From: Verrucomicrobiales bacterium
GTDB lineage: Bacteria; Verrucomicrobiota; Verrucomicrobiia; Verrucomicrobiales; DEV007
DNA: 64,000 nt
Assembly: GCA_965224535.1 (NCBI GenBank)
Contig: CBDCZR010000019.1
Span: 271,527-335,526, forward strand
Reading direction: 5' to 3'
The translations under genes were made by a program, and so were the position numbers. Each line of letters opens with the position of its first letter. The first letter of the stretch is position 1. Under the pieces are notes generated by a model. That model saw only the letters and a list, made by a program, of their open reading frames with translations. It was not told where the DNA came from and did not search any database. Positions 60,437-64,000 of the stretch are shown here, piece by piece.

Positions 60437-60997
60437 GAGAGGATCCTTTCCAGATGACTATCAAGTTTTGAAGTTACAGCATTCTGTACACCGGATCGCG
60501 AATTGTTAATAGGAATTTCCTATCGCAAGATAAAATAGTGGGTCGGACCGGAGAGTTGGAGGTTGAGGTACTACCGCTGGAAAATTTTGAGTACACCCTC
60601 TGAAATTAGGTGATTTAGTGAGGTAAAGAAAATTGTAACAACGATGTATGAGCGACCTATGATGAAAATCTCAGAAATTGCAGGGAGACGCAATTTTTAA
60701 CCCCTTCCGCGTCGGAAACGGGTTTCATGGCATGATTTGGCCAGATTTAGGGGGCAAAGTCAAGGATTTTAGCCATTTTAGCCGATTTTGTGATTGCCTT
60801 GAAGGGAATTTCTCCGTTTTCCGGTCGCCGGCTGGTTGGTCTGGATAGACCGGATGGATGCTAACGCCGTTTACAGTGTGCGTGCGATAAGTGGCGCTAC
60901 GCATTGGCAGCAACGCGCCTTGGTTGCCTTGCTTGACGGAAACTCTTTCTGATAGGTGACGTAGCCCTCGTTATATTGCAGGCATCACTCGTCCAGG

Positions 60998-62434
60998 CTA
61001 ACCCGATGGTCGCCAGCGCCTGGGCAAAAACGGCGCAACCAGGAAAATTAGCGCCACGAGCAGCAAAATCGCCGAACTGGGCCGCGCCAGCAGGTAACCC
61101 GGGCTGGAGATCGCCAAGCCTTGCACCAAATTCACCTCGGCCAGTGGTTGGAGGACGAATCCTAACACGAACGGCGCGAGGGGAATGCCGAACCGGTTCA
61201 TCGCCAGGCCCAGCAGGCCGAAGCCGAGCATCGACCACACGTCAAACATCCGGTTGGCCAGGGCGTAGCTGCCGACTACGCAAAAAATCAGCACCGCCGG
61301 GATGAGCATCCAGCGCGGAATTTCCAGCAGCTTGCGCGCCAATCCCACCCCAAACCACATCAGCGCAAACATGACCAGGTTGGCGACGAGATAGGCGCCG
61401 GTGATGGTCGAGACCACCTCCGGGTTGTTGTCGAAAAGCAGCGGCCCCGGCGTCAGGCCGTGCAAAATCAGCGCGCCGAGCAAAATGACGTCGATGACGC
61501 TGCCGGGGATGCCCAGGGCGATGAGCGGAACCAAAGCGCCGCCGACCGTGGCGTTGTTCGCGGCTTCACTGGCCACGACGCCGGAATCCGCGCCTTGGCC
61601 GAATTTTTCGCGGTCGCGAGCCACTCCTTTCGCCGCGCCGTAGGCGAGGAGCGATCCCACGTTTGCGCCAATTCCCGGCAAAACGCCGACAAAACTGCCG
61701 ATCATCGACGAGCGGATCAAATTCAGGGCCTGTTGCTTCCATTCGGCCAATTTCAGCAGTTTTCCGCCGCTTCCTTCGATCCGCTGGCCCGCTTCGTGCG
61801 GGTTGGCGGCCAGGCGAAACACCTCGCTGACGGCGAAAAGGCCGATCAACACCGGCAAGAGCCGAAAACCGTCGTCCAGCTCGGCAAAACCCAGGGTCAG
61901 CCGTGGTTTTGGGTTGGCGGGATTCGCGCCCGGCAAGGCGAAGAGCATGCCCAGAAAGACGCTGAGCAAGCCGCGTGCCAAATTTCCGCGGCTAATCGCG
62001 GCCACCAGCACCAGGGCCAGCATCACCAGGCTAAAGTAGTCGAACGGGTGCATGCGAATGGCCAGCGCGGCCACGGGCCGGGCCAGGGCCACCAACACCA
62101 GCCAGGAGAGGATTCCGCCCGCCAGCGAGGCCACGATTCCCAGCGCCAGGGCTCTTCGCGGCCGGCCTCCCGCAGCCATGGGATGCGCGTCCAGCGTCGT
62201 CATCATGGACGCCGGCGTCCCCGGCATTTTCAGCAACGTCGCGGTAATCAGACCCCCGCTCACCGACCCCACGTACATGGCCACGAGCAGCGCCAACGCC
62301 GGTTCGCGCTCCATCGCGAAGGTGAGGGGAACAGTCAGGGTGATGGCCATGGCCCCGGTCAAGCCGGGAATGGCGCCGACGACGATTCCCACGAAAACGC
62401 CGAGAAAAACCCAGGGAAGCAGATCGGGAGTCAT
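60998..62434 (-). CDS. tctA: tripartite tricarboxylate transporter, TctA large permease
   Basis: About 478 aa from MTPDLLPWVFLGVF; typical TctA helices (GALVPLIALGIPGS...); start overlaps the tctCB stop (ATGA at 62431..62434). Confidence 0.85.
   Translation of the reverse strand: MTPDLLPWVFLGVFVGIVVGAIPGLTGAMAITLTVPLTFAMEREPALALLVAMYVGSVSGGLITATLLKMPGTPASMMTTLDAHPMAAGGRPRRALALGIVASLAGGILSWLVLVALARPVAALAIRMHPFDYFSLVMLALVLVAAISRGNLARGLLSVFLGMLFALPGANPANPKPRLTLGFAELDDGFRLLPVLIGLFAVSEVFRLAANPHEAGQRIEGSGGKLLKLAEWKQQALNLIRSSMIGSFVGVLPGIGANVGSLLAYGAAKGVARDREKFGQGADSGVVASEAANNATVGGALVPLIALGIPGSVIDVILLGALILHGLTPGPLLFDNNPEVVSTITGAYLVANLVMFALMWFGVGLARKLLEIPRWMLIPAVLIFCVVGSYALANRMFDVWSMLGFGLLGLAMNRFGIPLAPFVLGFVLQPLAEVNLVQGLAISSPGYLLARPSSAILLLVALIFLVAPFLPRRWRPSG
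61023..61618. repeat. imperfect direct repeat, copy B (within intact tctA)
   Basis: Partner of 58281..58876. Confidence 0.8.
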
Positions 62435-63783
62435 GGGAGGTCGATGATGAGCACGTTTTGGAAGAGAAATTGCAGGCCGATCGCCAAAAAGACGCCGGCG
62501 CCGGCCACGATTCCGCGCGTTCGCAGGTTTGGGGCCAAAATCCAGCCGGCGGCGGCTGCGAAGAGCCCGGTGGCGAGCCAAAACGGGAGCCAGTGGAGGC
62601 TGAGGAGGCCCAGATACGCGCTCAGCAGGCCGACGATCGCCGCCGGCCGCCAATTTCGACGGGTTTTAACCGCGCTGGGGGCGATTTTTTGGCTTAAACC
62701 GAGAAAAACGCTCAAACCCGCGAAAATTCCCACACCGGTCAAAATTGCGCCGAAAACCGGCAAACCGCCCTTATTTTGCTCGGCGTCGTCCACTTTCAAT
62801 CCGACGATTTGCGCGCGTTTCGTCTCAATTTCCGCCAAAAGCGCCTCGCCGCGCAAAAACACGGGATCCACCGATTTTTCAGCGTATTTTTTGCGCAGCC
62901 AGTCGGAATTCATCGCGCGTTCGAGCAAATCCGCGATTTTTTCGATCCGGTCCGGCGGGGTTCCCTTCGGCGCCCACCAAAATTGGGTCGTGCCCGTCAC
63001 CAAATCGATTCCCTCCTCCCGCGCCGTCGGCGTTCCGGCCAATTTCGGGTGGCGTTCCGGTCCCAGATAGGCCAGCGCCTTCAACCCCCGCCGCGTCTCC
63101 GTTTTTCGAAACTGGAGGTATTCGGAAACGGAAAAAATCGACAAATCCACGTGCCCGCCGGCCAATTTTTCGAACCGGTCGGCCCCACCTTGCAGAGGCA
63201 CCATGCCAAACCGCGCCGAACCGTGCTTCTGCTCGAGCTGCAGGCCGATGAAATGGCTCGGAGCGCCCAAATTCATGCCGTATTTGACCTCGCCCGGCGT
63301 TTCCGCGGCTTCGTCCAGGGCTTGAGCGACAGACGTCCAACGTCCCTCCGGTCCGGTGCAAACCACGGTGTGGCTTGCGCCGGTGGAAGCGATCGGCACG
63401 AACGCCTCCGGCCCGTAAACGTGCCTCACTTGCTTGGCCGTCATGATGGCGTCGTGCAAGTTGAGGATGGTGTAGCCGTCAGGACGCGCGTTTTTCGCCC
63501 TGCGGCTGCCGATGGTGCCTCCAGCGCCCGGGACGTTGATGATGACCAACGGATGCGGGGAAAGATCGTCCCGGCGGATGGATTCTTGCACCACGCGAGC
63601 CAAGGAATCGCTTGCACCGCCCGGCCCAAATGGAACAATGACCTTGATAGCTTTGCGCGGAAATTCGTCCAAATTCTCCGAACCTGCTGAGTTCATGCAC
63701 AAACCCCAAAAAATTGCGAGCGCAAATCCCCTTGCATGTGGCCTCGTTAGAGTGTGTAGATAGGCTATGAAGCGTGTTTTCAT
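62431..63783 (-). CDS. tctC: fusion of TctC (Bug-family periplasmic binding protein) with a TctB-like 4-TM small permease
   Basis: N-terminal signal peptide and KAIKVIVPFGPGGASDSLARVV...PGAGGTIG...PDGYTIL (TctC/Bug). The C-terminal ~115 aa comprise four hydrophobic helices (LPVFGAILTGVGIFAGLSVFLGLS ... GIVAGAGVFLAIGLQFLF). Confidence 0.75.
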   Translation of the reverse strand: MKTRFIAYLHTLTRPHARGFALAIFWGLCMNSAGSENLDEFPRKAIKVIVPFGPGGASDSLARVVQESIRRDDLSPHPLVIINVPGAGGTIGSRRAKNARPDGYTILNLHDAIMTAKQVRHVYGPEAFVPIASTGASHTVVCTGPEGRWTSVAQALDEAAETPGEVKYGMNLGAPSHFIGLQLEQKHGSARFGMVPLQGGADRFEKLAGGHVDLSIFSVSEYLQFRKTETRRGLKALAYLGPERHPKLAGTPTAREEGIDLVTGTTQFWWAPKGTPPDRIEKIADLLERAMNSDWLRKKYAEKSVDPVFLRGEALLAEIETKRAQIVGLKVDDAEQNKGGLPVFGAILTGVGIFAGLSVFLGLSQKIAPSAVKTRRNWRPAAIVGLLSAYLGLLSLHWLPFWLATGLFAAAAGWILAPNLRTRGIVAGAGVFLAIGLQFLFQNVLIIDLP

Positions 63784-64000
63784 CACGTTGGGAATTCTCC
63801 TCGTCGTGCTGGTCCTGGCCGCGTGGCTTACGGTTACGTTATCCGTGGGCCGGTTTGCGGATTCTGACTACCTTGTGCGCCAGATTGAGTCCTCTTTCAA
63901 CTGCCGGGCGCAAATTGGCGAGGTAAAGCTCAACGCCTACACGGATCCCGCGCGCATGGAACTGACGGGGCTGGCGTTTGCCCCCCGCGATAAAACGGTG
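63767..64000 (+). CDS. partial (5' end only) AsmA-family-like envelope protein
   Basis: MKRVFITLGILLVVLVLAAWLTV N-terminal anchor followed by ...KLNAYTDPARMELTGLAFAP; open to the window end. Its start overlaps the divergent tctCB start. Confidence 0.45.
   Translation, partial: MKRVFITLGILLVVLVLAAWLTVTLSVGRFADSDYLVRQIESSFNCRAQIGEVKLNAYTDPARMELTGLAFAPRDKTV

Noticed and set aside
61460-63070. 536-aa plus-strand ORF
   Set aside because: It is antisense to tctA/tctCB and has extreme R/G/Q/H composition.

Overview
High-GC (roughly 60% by eye) bacterial chromosomal segment, densely coded on both strands. The gene content points to the PVC superphylum (Planctomycetota or Verrucomicrobiota): four paralogous DUF1501 proteins with twin-arginine signals, three DUF1549/DUF1553 (PSCyt/PSD) proteins including a 1712-aa giant with a CxxCH haem site and WD40 repeats, a DUF1080 protein, a sulfatase, a FAD_oxidored-family protein, and a protein with a prepilin-like N-terminus. 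Housekeeping genes recognised: ligA, rnc, tRNA-His(GTG), a XerD-like recombinase, dhaK/dhaL, a tctC-tctB fusion plus tctA, an orphan RND permease, an AGCS symporter, and two monohaem c-type cytochromes. The most striking feature is a tightly coupled minus-strand three-gene operon (25953..33722): NfeD/YqiJ-like membrane protein, then flotillin/SPFH protein, then a 1670-aa protein with a MoxR-like AAA+ core. This is a candidate flotillin-associated ATPase machine that goes beyond the canonical SPFH-NfeD pair. Two small insertions sit at the 3' ends of host genes and are bracketed by duplicated copies of those 3' ends. One is an RHH+HNH-endonuclease cassette between 79-bp direct repeats at the DUF1501 gene 12863..14194. 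The other is a low-GC two-gene island (a signal-peptide protein and a poly-Ser protein carrying an 18-bp tandem repeat) between roughly 600-bp imperfect copies of the tctA 3' end. Also present: a frameshifted DUF1549/DUF1553 gene, a multiply frameshifted glycoside-hydrolase remnant, a XerD-like gene with no canonical start next to tRNA-His, and a roughly 960-bp low-GC ORF-free leader upstream of the giant PSCyt gene. No CRISPR array, rRNA or recognisable IS/transposase was found.
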